A stretch of 62,751 nt of DNA, the filler included, from Sphacelaria rigidula (lineage: Eukaryota): assembly GCA_964200075.2 (NCBI GenBank). It is 11 parts of 11 records of this genome, joined end to end, with 100 filler letters (N's around TTAATTAATTAA, not from the genome) between each part and the next. Parts side by side here need not be neighbours in the genome. Positions count along the whole stretch, not along the records: positions 1 to 5,614 come from CAXNAA020025844.1; positions 5,715 to 11,328 come from CAXNAA020025845.1; 9 more parts are not named here. One strand, 5' to 3'. The notes under the pieces were generated by a model, which was not told where the DNA came from, searched no databases, and saw only the letters and a program-made list of their open reading frames with translations. Of the stretch, positions 1 to 11,065 are shown one piece after another; position 1 is the stretch's first letter; the number at the start of each line of letters is the position of its first letter. The position numbers and the translations under genes were made by a program.

Positions 1-84
1 TGTTGCTTGCCTTAGTCATTTGACCATTGACCACGCATCCCTTTCGAGACGGGGGGGAGGGGGGGGGTCCAAAAAATATTTTTT

Positions 85-448
85 TGTGCGCCCTTGCAAC
101 AGTAGTAAATAAACAAAGGAGCTCGAAGGCTTGATATCTTGTAATTCTCGCTTATTATTAACTTGCTCGCCTAGCGTACTGTTCTCACCAAAGTTAGGCA
201 GTAGGAGAAGATGATCCGGCTCAGAGGGCAGCTCAAGAGTGACCGAGTATGCATGCGACGCAACTTATCTGACCTAGGCCCGAGAGGGCGTTCCTTCTCC
301 TCGGGGCTAGGGTACACCAGTCTGTACGCCAAGCTGCCCCAGAGCGATGGGAGTATTCCCATGGACAGATCGGATGATCTGTAGCCAACCTGCGCCAAAA
401 CTGTCTGAAGGAACACATAACGCCTCTCTATCTTCCTTCCTCATGACA
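85..448 (-). repeat. Putative 3' LTR of the Gypsy element
   Basis: On the minus strand a purine-rich GTGTGGGTGAG precedes TGTCATG at 448, and a possible end GCACA lies at 85. The partner LTR is not in the window. Confidence 0.35.
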
Positions 449-1050
449 CTCACCCACACAGACGAACCTCTATTTGAGTTGCGATGAAATCTCAAGAGCA
501 ACTTCAATTTAGGCTTGTCTCACCCATCAAGTCATGAGGAGACAACGCGAAAAAAAAAGAAAAAGGGCAAAGACCGACCCATGCCCGATCCTCCCACACC
601 CCAAACGAGAAAAACCAAAGATGCCTTAAAAAGCGCAATTACGCAATTGCGGTTGACTGCGCAGTAGCACACGATACTGCTGCGAGCTAGCGAACAGACG
701 GAAAAAGCACACAATGCTTTGACGCGCTAGCTAGATAAAAAGCAAAGTAGAACCTCGCAGAGGACACAGTGGCAATCTCAGCAGGGAAACATAAACTCAA
801 GGACCCGAATAGGGTTGAGTGCCAGCCGGACAAAGTGGTGGCCGTGTAGAGGCCGATGGGAGGGGGCGAAGGAGATCCAAAGCAAGGCGTCGAAGGAGTC
901 GATGAGGGCAGAGATGAGCCGTGGTAGCAGAGCCGTAGTAGACGAAGCAGTGAAGAGGAGAGCGTACCTGAGTGGGGATAAGGGAAGTACCAGAACCAAA
1001 CTGGGAGGGGAGAGAAAGATCGCGATGAAGGGAGTGCAAAGAGACAGGAC

Positions 1051-2037
1051 TCAAGATGGTGCATTGATGTCGTGTGTACGATCGATATTGCGCTGAAAGC
1101 CTCGTCGTAGGCCGTGTGACTTGAAGCGTCGTAGGCACCAGGAACTGCGGGGTGCGGAAGGGCTGGTCGTGTAGAAATCGGGGCGGAGCTTGAGCTGAAC
1201 GGGCCTTGGGTCGTCGAGGAAACGCACGATGTACGTGTCAGCCGCGAGGGCATCGACGCAGTGGATCTGACCTAGCCACCAGAGGTAATCGCTGCCTTTA
1301 TACCACAAATAAGCACCTTTAGGGAGCGGTTGTTCTTTTGCGCGAATCTTTTCGTCCCATTGTTTGGTGGGTACGAGTTCGTAACCATCGGCTACAAACC
1401 GTGATCCTTTGTCGCGGTGGAGTTCGCGGGCTGCAGCACCGCGTCTCATGTTGCGATATCCTTTGTTGTCAGCGAGCTGTTGCTGTGGGGATTGCGTCCA
1501 ATAAAGAAGGATAGCACGACGGTGCAGTTGAAGGTCGGACTCGCGTTCCCAAGACGCACGCTGAAGACCTTGCCAGTGTGTCTTGTACATGACAGCAATT
1601 TTGCCGCCAGGACCTCGAGTGATTTGGTGGCCGGAAATGTGGGACACGGCCAAGCGGAGAGGTTGTTCAGTCACGTCATCGGTGGTAACGTGGTACGGTG
1701 GAGATTTTGTTGAGTAGCTGTTAAGCACGTATTGAGTGAGACCTGCAGGCAGGTATTGAGGCATGTCAGTAGTGTCATGCGGGTTCGTGCAAGGCATGCA
1801 ACGATGCACAGAGACGCGAGATTTAGCGTCATGTCCCTGGAGGTCACGGGGTAAATCGAGGTAGAGGAGTTTGTCGCCAACAGGTTTGCCATCTGGAGAC
1901 GTTGGCGAGGGTCCTACTATGAGAATCTTGAACGGACTCGTCCAATCAAGGGACAGTTTGGTTTTCAAGACTGTTGCCTGGGCAGTGAGATCAGCGCCTT
2001 GACGGATGGTGGATAAACTGTTGCAGATCCGACCCAA
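1051..2037 (-). pseudogene. Integrase C-terminus: GPF/Y-like region, chromodomain (~1531-1651), PWWP/Tudor-like module (~1187-1320)
   Basis: KLSLDWTSPFKIL; ISGHQ...MYKTHWQGLQRASWERESDL (chromo-type Y.x.W.G...SWE...L); GAYLWYKGSDYLWWLGQI...YIVRFLDD. Confidence 0.75.
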
Positions 2038-2482
2038 TCGCGATCTTCCAAGTAGGGCGTTTGTGCATCAACTTGTCGAGGGCAGTATTGGATCTTTCCA
2101 GACGTGAGACGTTGATAGCGTGTTGTTCGCGCACCAAAGTGAAAGCCTTGCGCTGACGAGCCCTGGCGAGGTCGTGGTAGGACATCTGATCCTGTTCCAG
2201 ACCTTGGTGACCATCGAAGATATGTCTTTCGAAAACGGCGATGGGCAGACGAGGGTAGCGTCCAAGATGTAACTCGTCGGGCGAAAGACCTGTAGCCGCG
2301 TTGACCGAATTGTTGTAAGACAGCATGGCATGCAAAAGATGAAGGTCCCAGTAATTCTGGCGGTCGTTTACGGCCATGGAGAGCATTTGAGTCATAGTGT
2401 GGTTCACACGTTCAGTTCCACCGTTACCGTTAGGGTGGTAGGCGCTCGTGGCAATTGCACGAATGCCAAGGAGCTTGTACAA
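1991..2482 (-). pseudogene. Gypsy integrase core, C-half
   Basis: TSAYHPNGNGGTERVNHT, WDLHL, SYNNSVNAATGLSPDELHLGR. Confidence 0.93.
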
Positions 2483-4478
2483 AGCATCCGAGAGTTCGGA
2501 GCAAATTGTTGACCATTGTCGGAGAGGAGCCGTTTCGGGCAGCCGTAGTGCTTAATGTAGTCATGGACGAGAATGTCCGCTGTGCCGGCAGCAGTGAAAT
2601 CGCTAGCAGTAACGGTGTACATAGCCGCGTGACGGCTGAAGCGATCGGTGAAAAGCAGAATGTAGGTATTACCACGGTCAGTGGTGGGTAAAGGGCCAAA
2701 GTAGTCAAATGATACGAAGTGCGCAGGAGCTTTTGAAAGCTCCATGGAAATCACCGGCCATCGTATAGTCTGTCGAGAGGTTTTGCGAGCCTGACATTTA
2801 AAACATCGTCGGATCCAAAAACGCGTGGATGCTTCCATGCCAATCCACCAATAAAAACGTTCAAGGAGCGCTAACGTGCGCATGGCGCCTAAGTGGCAGG
2901 ACAAATCAGAGTGACAGCCCTTAATGATCCACGGGCGCATCATGATAGGGACATAGATGCGGATAGGGGCGTCATGACGCATATGTGCCGGAGTGGCAGT
3001 TATTACTGCGGCAGCCGTGCTCACATGGGAGTTGGGTCGGCGAACAAGCAAATGGACGTCGTCGTCAGTCGCGAAGATAGTACCTTTGCGTGCAAACTCG
3101 AACACGTCAGAGGCGGTGGGGGCGGGTAGAGTGCTTACGGGAGTCAGGATCTCAGCCGGGAAAGGGGTGGGGAAGTTAAGCCGTAAGTACCGCATTGTCG
3201 CGCGACAAAGCGGTTCCTGTTGTTGGTCGCGAGCCCAATCGCGGTGAGAGTAGCTAGCGAGAAATTCCCGAAGTTGTCCTTCAGCCGGAGAGCCGACCAA
3301 ACATGGTGGCTCAGGAGGGGGTGGCACAGGTGAGGAAGCAGGGGTCCCGACGTCAACATTTTGGTCGGGAAGCGGATCTGATGCGTGCGGATCGCAAGTC
3401 AGAGGCGTAGGTGCAGGGAGATTCCCAGAAGGCTGCGTGGGGGTAGCGCGAACTGGCGAACGTGATCGGCGCGTCGGGCGCGCAAGAGGCGCAGACTTTG
3501 TCGGTACAACAGTGGGCGCGCGGCCGGTTGTGGTAGGTGTTGTACGGCTCGTGGGGGCACGAGGCGGTGGCGGCCATGCATTGCTAGAAGCGGCCGACGG
3601 CGGCGGTGGTATCACGGCACGCGAAGAATTTGCACCCGCTGCTGACCGAGAACGCGTGTTGTCGGAGATGAGGTGAGCAGTTGGTGGTGGCGGCGCCGAG
3701 ATGTTCGCGCGAGGGCCGAAAGTGCGGAAGTCGGCAAAGTCAGCAGCTGTGGGCGCTAAGCCATCCAAAACTGCATCAGGGGGCAGAGGGCGCCCCCCCC
3801 CCATGTGCAGACCTGTTTCAGGGCATTGCAGGTCAAGCGCGCAGATGGGCGTAGAAAAACGCCGAATAAAGTAGACGCCTGGTTCATCAGGTTCAGTCAC
3901 GCGGCAAGCGGGACTGAAACCTACCGCTGTAGGGGGCAGAAGCAATCGCGAAAGAAGGTCAGCATCGCCGTTGGTTTTGCACGGACGGTGTTTAACAGTG
4001 TACTGGTAAGCAGTCAGAAATTCCAGCCACCGTTGTACGCGGGGGTTATGTTCTCCAACCTTAGCGAGTTGTTCAAGAGCGCCGTGATCTGTATAGATGT
4101 GGAAAGGCACGCGGAACAAGTACTGTCGAAGCCGTTTAATAGCCCAAGTTATGACTCCGCCTTCTAGTTCGAGTGGAATCCAGTTTGCCTCGTTTGGGAG
4201 GGTTGCGCGGCTCATGTACAAAATAGGTCGGACAGAGCCATCCAGTTGAGGATGATTCAAAACTGCGCCGAACCCATCTGTGTAGCATCGGTGTGTAGTT
4301 GGAAAAGACGTGAACCGTCTTGTACCGCATCCCAATCAGGAAAACAAAGAACCGGTTTTTCGGTCCGCGTTTTGAGCAATTCGCGGACGGTAGCTTCCCT
4401 TTCTTTAGTGAAGACAAACGGGACGTTTTTCTTCAATAAATCGCTGATGGGCCGGATCCGCTTGGACAAGTTGGGCAA
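2404..4478 (-). pseudogene. Gypsy RNase H + Pro-rich linker + integrase HHCC and core N-half (frameshifted)
   Basis: FQLHTDA, ELEGGVITWAIKRLRQYL, IYTDHGAL, RVQRWLEFL (RNase H); CH..LSCHLG, YWWIGM, CFKCQARK (zinc finger); SFDYFGPLP, LLSDNGQQF (DDE core). Confidence 0.92.
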
Positions 4479-4487
4479 AAATTTGCG

Positions 4488-5351
4488 CTAATAAGAAAGT
4501 CCGCCCAACAGCGAGCAAAGCTGCGAAATATTGGTGGGCATGGGCATATCAGTCATAGCCTTGACTTTGTTTGTGTCTGGGTGCAATCCAGCAGGAGAGA
4601 TAGAGTGCCCCAAAAAAATCAATTCAGTCGCTCCGAGTCGAGCTTTGGATGGAGACAATTTCAAGTCGTGTGTACGCAAGCGGGAGAGAAATTCCCGTAG
4701 AGTGCGAACATGCGCCTTGGGGGAGGCATCAAAAGCGATTGCATCGTCTAGATACATGATGACATGCTCGAGACCGTCAGTAACGCGTTGCATGAGGCGT
4801 TGAAAGCAGCCGGGTGCTGTGGCAGCGCCTTGTGGTATACGAAGCCATTCAAAAAGCCCTGAAGATGTACAGAACGCTGTCAAAGGAACTGTATCGGGGT
4901 GACCTGCATTTTGGAAAAATCCAGAGGCCAGATCGAAAGTGCTGAGTATTTTTCCTTCGCCGAGAGAGTTGAAGACTTCGTCGATGCGAGGTATGGGGAG
5001 TTTTCCCACGAAAGTGACGCGGTTCAGCCATTTGTAATTCACGGTGATATCTAAAATAGCATTGAGTTTTTTGGTGAGGAGAGGATTCGTTCGATATGGT
5101 CGAGATGAAATGGGCGAAACGCCAGGTTGCAGGGTTATCTCCAATGGCAAGGTTTTACAATGCCCGATATCCGCCTTGGATCGGGAAAACCTATCCTGGT
5201 ATTCCAGGAGAACATCGTGTAACTCTTGGATGACAGCGGGCTCCCAGCCCGGACCATGTAGATCGAAATGGATATTACGCAAATGAGGTGGAAATTGGTG
5301 CCACATTTGCAGGAAGTGTTCTCGAGACTCGACCGATAAGCGTTGAAGCAC
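4488..5351 (-). pseudogene. Gypsy reverse transcriptase (disrupted)
   Basis: Motifs PISSRPYR, LPIPRIDE, FDLASGFFQ, TAFCTSSGLFEWLRIPQG, YLDD, FLGHSIS. The SP(W)ASP..V.KK segment is missing (LNAILD|ITVNY), and there is a premature stop at 4488. Confidence 0.93.
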
Positions 5352-5614
5352 TTCATCAGGAGGTTCAGCAGGTGGTCAGTCGGATTCCACCGCAGAAATC
5401 CGAGTCGGGGGTGTGGCTCATCAATGCAGTGAACAGAACCATTAGTCGGCGGTGTGGGGTCAGGCGCCGGAGGGTCGGCCACATAGGTATCCAGAGGAAT
5501 GTGCATAAGAGGAGCCGCGGCGATGCCCAAGACATCGCCAGGTTCCAAATTAGCATGGCCTGTGAGAGGCAGGAGTTGTTCGCCGTCCGAGACAAAATGC
5601 TCAGTGCCAGCGGG

Positions 5615-5714
5615 NNNNNNNNNNNNNNNNNNNNNNNNNNNNNNNNNNNNNNNNNNNNTTAATTAATTAANNNNNNNNNNNNNNNNNNNNNNNNNNNNNN
5701 NNNNNNNNNNNNNN
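5615..5714. other. Artificial contig spacer N44-TTAATTAATTAA-N44 (also 11329, 17043, 22757, 28471, 34185, 39899, 45613, 51326, 57039)
   Basis: Ten identical 100-nt spacers with a six-frame stop linker. Intervening contigs are 5614 or 5613 bp. Confidence 0.98.
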
Positions 5715-6419
5715 AACTTTCTTCATAATCCCTGAGTTTTTCCTCATCCCTGAGTTCTGATTTGTGTTTCCGAAACTCTCTAATAGCCAGATCTTGGGTG
5801 GAGTATTGCGGCCATTATTAGCAATACCCAATATCTGGGTTGAGTTTTGAGATCGGACCACCGCGACACAAAATTCGGGAGGGTAAACACCCGGGTATTT
5901 ACCCCACCCAAGACACCCTTGCAATATTCTACGAAAGCCCTTACTGTACCCGAAGTGGTGCATCGGCATGGATAGATATAGGATGTGGATATAGATATAT
6001 ATATATACAAGGTTTCCCTTCGGGAGGTTGGTACTGGCTTCCTGGGGGCTACGCAAGTCGAAAAGATATCAGTGTTTTTCCTTTTCCATATTCGGGAGGC
6101 ATTTGTGTGGGAGGATATGTACCTCCCAGTAGATACTGTCATATTCAGCAGTTTCAGTTGTCTCAGACCAAGAGTGGAGATAATCACGAGAAGAAGGGTG
6201 GACACTTCCAGCATGAAGAGCTCGCTTCACGGGCGGTGTGCGGAGGTGGAAAAGGCACCATCACGCACGAGACCCGTCACAGCACACATCGCAAGCGATT
6301 GCTAATGAAAAAAGGTCGCGTCCCGGTAGTACACGGCGAACCTGTGCAGGGTTCTCTACATGCCGGCCCCACCCCGCGCGCACTGATTTCAAATCACATT
6401 TGTATACAGTATATATGTA

Positions 6420-7022
6420 CTTCCTCTGTCCCATAAGTTAGGACCGAATTTCGGCGCAGATCGTATCTTTTCAACGGAGGCGCCTACGGTGCTATAATTA
6501 GTTTCATCGGGAAGATATTTTTTACAGCTAGCTGATGCAAAAAAACAAAAATGATTCGCGATTTTATTACATCTCAAAGTATGAGCCAAAAAAGTCCCCA
6601 TATAATTGGCCAATTTCGGCTACATTTCGAGATAACGACTTTAGTGTAGAGCACACCGGGGTATCCGCGCGGCAGAGGGCGGGACCGTTGGAAAGGACAG
6701 TCAAGTACGACAAGGAGGCCTTCACAAAGGCTTGGGACCCAAGCACGAGTGATGGAGAGGATGATTAACGTGTTTTTTTCCCCCGTGTTTTTTTCCCTTT
6801 TTTGGCATTTTTTTATTCGTGGAAAAGGGGAAAAAAACGGCCTTTTGGGGGCCGACTTCTTTTTTTCTGGCCGCTACTCCAACTGGAGTGATGCGAATTG
6901 AAAAAAAATATTGTGTTCAAATAAAAAACGCCAAGGAATTCAATACAAGAAACGAAAACAGCATCGGCGACCGTTAAGGACGTCTGTGAAAAATTCGGTC
7001 CTAACTTATGTGACAGAGGAAG
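6420..7022. mobile_element. Tc1/mariner-type (Stowaway-like) MITE
   Basis: TIRs CTTCCTCTGTCCCATAAGTTAGGACCGAATTT / AAATTCGGTCCTAACTTATGTGACAGAGGAAG (1 mismatch), flanked by TA on both sides. Confidence 0.9.
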
Positions 7023-7679
7023 TATGATACTGCTTGCTGTCTATGTGTACGTGGTGTACCACCCCTCGCTCCGCCACATCTAGTACAACGGTCGGTGTTG
7101 CAGCTAAGCGTGCATTTGCCCTAGGTGGCGCACGCAGGAATAATAGGCCGCCTCGCCGCTATAATTCCTGCCTGTATCTTGAGCGGACCTGTATAACAAC
7201 ACAGCCGCTGTGGCGCGCAAGCCGGCTGTAACACTTCATACCACGTGGAGGTTTCTACACTGTCTTGAAGTGATGCTGCGCGCAGTTCCCACTACGAGTA
7301 TCGCGCACGTCGCAGGAGGCAAGAGCTTTCATACTGTGCACAGCACATTATTTTGAAATGTTTACTGACTGTAGAAATGTTTCGTCCAGGATATTACATT
7401 TCCACACATATATTGGGCGGTGAGATAATGAAATGATCCACAGCACATGCCCGAAGTGGAAGTGAGGCAATTGCCGAGATGTTCACGTGCAAAGCCTGTG
7501 CGGCCGTGCTCTAAGTTGATAACGCTAGAAGAACACCAGTGCAACGGCCATCCCGGCTGCCGGCCTGTTTGCACGGCCGTCCAAGTAGTGATGGGACTGT
7601 CTGCACCGGGATGTCGCCCCCCGTGCCAGGTACGGCGACAAAGGTCCATGGCACTCCCCACTGGTCGCGCGACAGGAGC

Positions 7680-8075
7680 TTAACCTTCGACTATCGAGAT
7701 TTTTTAAGCGGAAATGTTCAGCTGCCAATGCTTGTTTGCTGGGTTTCGTCGAGCGGTCATCCATAACTGGGCGAAGATTGATGATGAGGCCGGCAGAATC
7801 CGTCGCAGCCTGCGTGCTCAACTTTCACTGTACCCACTATAGCCGTCACCAGACAGCAGGGTGTTGAAAAATGAAATCCCACGCACCGTGGGTATCCACC
7901 GTATCAATGCAGACCGGGCCATCAGCGACTTCCCCTGCTGCAGCTGTGACTGTGACACCTTCCTCTTATACCGATCTACACATTCTCCAGTAATCTTCAG
8001 CATGCTTTTATGGACTGTTGGGTTCGCATAACTGGGATCTACATTACGCAGATATGACGGTGTTAGAGGCTTCAC
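7680..8075 (-). pseudogene. Possible hAT-type transposase relic
   Basis: SYLRNVDPSYANPTVHKSMLKITGECVDRYKRKV...RW..TVRGISF resembles the hAT P.Y..P...L / D.W...SF region. Heavily decayed. Confidence 0.3.
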
Positions 8076-9029
8076 GTCAAAACTAAATAATTAGGGATCT
8101 CAGATCATTCGACTTGTGTTTGCTGCTGACAAAGGCCAAGGCAATCTTCAACTGTTTTCAACTGCTTTGCTCTCATGTTCTCGTGACATTCGCTGCATAA
8201 CCGCTGTCTTCATGCTCCCAAATCAACGAGAACGCAACGAAAATCACGGTGAAAAAGTACCCCGCCATGAACAGGCTTTTGTGGTTCGGGATCGACACCC
8301 CGCGAAAAAGAGCCAGTTCGGGCGACTTTCGGTGGCCAGAACACGCGCCACAGGTATTAGATGGCACCCAAACCTGAACGGTAATGTATCGCTGCGCCTT
8401 CTTCGTGCGCTGCAAAAGAAAGCGCGGGAAAATATGCCTTGCGGCTAGAGAAAACTCGGCAAAAGTGGTGACAAATGTGAAATGATACAGGTACATAGAC
8501 GTCGACTCAAATGGACTGCTTTGCGATCAAATGGATGAATTTCCGATAACATCTCACGTACGACTCGCGATTTGCTCAGGGTGGACAAGAGTGATGCTGC
8601 GGTAGGGGTTGCACTTCTTTAGTGAGGTTTCTCGGGGCTGATCGGGATGTTGGACGGGTCATTTTGTGAATCGACATCATTTTTACTTGGAAAAGACTAA
8701 AAATGGTGCCGATTCGCGAAAAGTCCCCTGAGCGCAAACACCATGTTTCTGGGAGTCCGGTCCCCGGAGATTTGGGTTGCACAGTAAGCTCCATATATTT
8801 GTGCTCCTACGAAAAAAAAGTGCAACCCCTACCGTAGCATTGCTCACCAACCAAGTTCGAGTGCTGGATGATATCTCAACAGCAATGGTGACATAAGTCT
8901 TCTCGAGCAGATGGGGTGACTGATTTTTTGTGATAGCCTGCTTTTTGTTTGGCCCCCTTGTCCACATGCGTATATTTTTTACTGTACGCGTACAACGCCC
9001 CTCGTTTCCGACCCCCAGCAGGATCTTTT

Positions 9030-9556
9030 CAAGGGTCGGACGAATGAGCGATTCGTCTGGAAATTACTTGATTTTAGTGTAATTGATTCGTACCGTACGA
9101 ATCAATCCTTAGGCTTTGTTTTACGCGTTGCAACCCAGGTACGCGCAGCCGAGGCACGTGAAATGGCGCAAAAATTGCGTGGAGACCTTTCCGACCAGCG
9201 GTTGACTGTTTTTCTCTCTTTGGAGCAATCAGGGCTGAAAAATCGTGGATTTGGTTATTTGAACCGGCAATGATTCGTCCGAACCGTGGATCTTTTCAGG
9301 GGTCGGACGAACGAACGATTCTTCTGGAAATTACTTGATTTTAGTGTAATTGCTTCGTACCGTACGAATCAATCCCTAGGCTTCATTTATAGCGTCGCAA
9401 CCCAGGTACGCGCTGCCCAGGCACGTGGAATGACGCAAAAGTTGCGTGGAGAGTTTTTGGACCAGCGGTCAAGAATTTCTTCTCTTTGGAGCAATCAGGC
9501 CTGAAAAAATCGTGGATCTCGGTGATTCGAACCGCCGATTATTTGTCCGAACCGTG
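9030..9556. mobile_element. Two head-to-tail copies of a ~260-bp MITE (9030-9288, 9297-9556)
   Basis: TIR CA(C/A/G)GGGTCGGACGAA...TTCGTCCGAACCGTG. The 8-mer GATCTTTT lies before, between and after the copies. Internal palindrome TGATTCGTACCGTACGAATCA. Confidence 0.88.
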
Positions 9557-9869
9557 GATCTTTTCAACTATACTGGCCACGGTAGATGCATCACATCTAC
9601 GTCCCGTGAAGCCCCACGGAGAAGTGAGGTATCGCCCATTTACCCAATTCGTGGGTAAGGGTCATTGGTACTTGATCAAGAGATTCGTACTTGCCCATTT
9701 TATGCAGGAAATAGAATGCATGTGCTACTTTCCAAATAAAAACTGGAAAGTAGTTCAAACATGCTAGTTTGTGAATCACGCGAGGGAAAAACAACGCGTT
9801 GTTAAAAATGGTTCCAGGGCGAAGATGCACAATGCAGTGTCAACGTCTCATTCGACCCCGGTAGAACAA

Positions 9870-10478
9870 GAAGTAGTAGTATTAGTAGTACTAGTAGTGG
9901 TAGTAGTGGCAGTAGCCATTTCCCATTGGGTCCATGCTTACCAGCGCAAACGCATGTGACTGGTGTCTGAAGTACACATGCCCCTCACAACTTCGAACAT
10001 GTTCGTAGTCCACGGGGGTTTCAACCAATGAGACGCCTGGTGTTAATTGTTCCGAGAAACCGGCATTTGGTAGTCCTGCCGGGTCTTGGGGAATGACAAT
10101 AATGCAGCCGCAGAAAGTCGTGAGTAGGCCGGGTGACCGCTAAATAAAATTTCTCGAGTTCTTTTGTCTTCGCCCAAAAAGACTACAGCAGCCTCGGCTG
10201 ATCATGGTTGAGCGGGACGGTTGGGGTACCCTTGACTACACGTTTAATACGGGAAAGCCGCCCGAGGTCGGTCCCGCTTCCCCGAGTCTCAACGCCACAA
10301 GCTCCCACATGGGCAGCGGGGGTTTGTGAGGGGAACAAGCTCACGCTGCCGTTTCATACGTGTTGATAGATCGTGTTTCAATGTGTGCTGGCCCTGTTTC
10401 AAAGGCTGTGGGGGGGGCGTACTCATTTGTTGCTTGCCTTAGTCATTTGACCATTGACCACGCATCCCTTTCGAGACG
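9870..10478 (-). mobile_element. Non-autonomous retroposon-like element with (ACT)n-like tail
   Basis: Its head CGTCTCGAAAGGGATGCGTGGTCAATGGTCAAATGACTAAGGCAAGCAACA is identical to 1-51, and there is a degenerate (AGT)n tract at 9870-9915. Confidence 0.4.
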
Positions 10479-10707
10479 GAGCAAAGGCTGTGGGGGGGAG
10501 AGTTCCCACAAATAAACCTTCAAGCACGAAATCCAGACAAAATCTGACCACACCCGCGCGCGGCGCCGTCTACAGCACGTGCACTTCCCCACGGCACACG
10601 GTGAGCCATTTACACGGTTGAGTAACAGCTGTGTGCGTATTGGACTCTTCACACAGTCATCACCGCATACAATGTACTACTATCAGAGCAATTAACGTTA
10701 CTGTACT

Positions 10708-11065
10708 GGCCGGTCACCCCGGTGGCTCAGTTGGTAACCTCGAAACCTTCTGACAGTTGGGTCGCGGGTTCAAATCTCGGAGTGATCTGGGATTCTTTCT
10801 CACACCATGCCCAACGGTGGAGAGCGGCTATGTCGTGGGTACAAAACATTCTACTTAACGGTCGACGATGAAAAGGGACTGCTGAACCCCTTTCGCGATA
10901 AAAAGTAAAGGCAAGCACCGCAGAAGGAAGGAGGGGTACTAAAAACCAACATAAAAAAAAATGCTCCCGTGTTGACCTTCCTCCTGTGTAACCCCGGCTG
11001 GTGCGCCCATATATACCGAAAGGTGTAGCCCAGCGTCCAGAATAGAAGGGACGACGACACTGTAC
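10708..11065 (+). mobile_element. tRNA-derived SINE
   Basis: A-box TGGCTCAGTTGG (10723) and B-box GGTTCAAATC (10767). The body is shared with copies on three other contigs. Confidence 0.8.

Larger units (their letters stand above)
85..5614 (-). mobile_element. Ty3/Gypsy (chromovirus-like) LTR retrotransposon, degenerate, 5' part cut off by contig end
   Basis: Minus-strand domain order is RT (YLDD) - RNase H - integrase - chromodomain, the Gypsy order. It is split over several ORFs by frameshifts and stops. Confidence 0.93.

Noticed and set aside
5659..5670. TTAATTAATTAA as a biological motif or piggyBac TSD
   Set aside because: It is centred in N-runs at fixed spacing, so it is an assembly linker.
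10712..10790. tRNA gene
   Set aside because: No acceptor-stem pairing, and it continues into a body shared by dispersed copies, so it is a SINE head.
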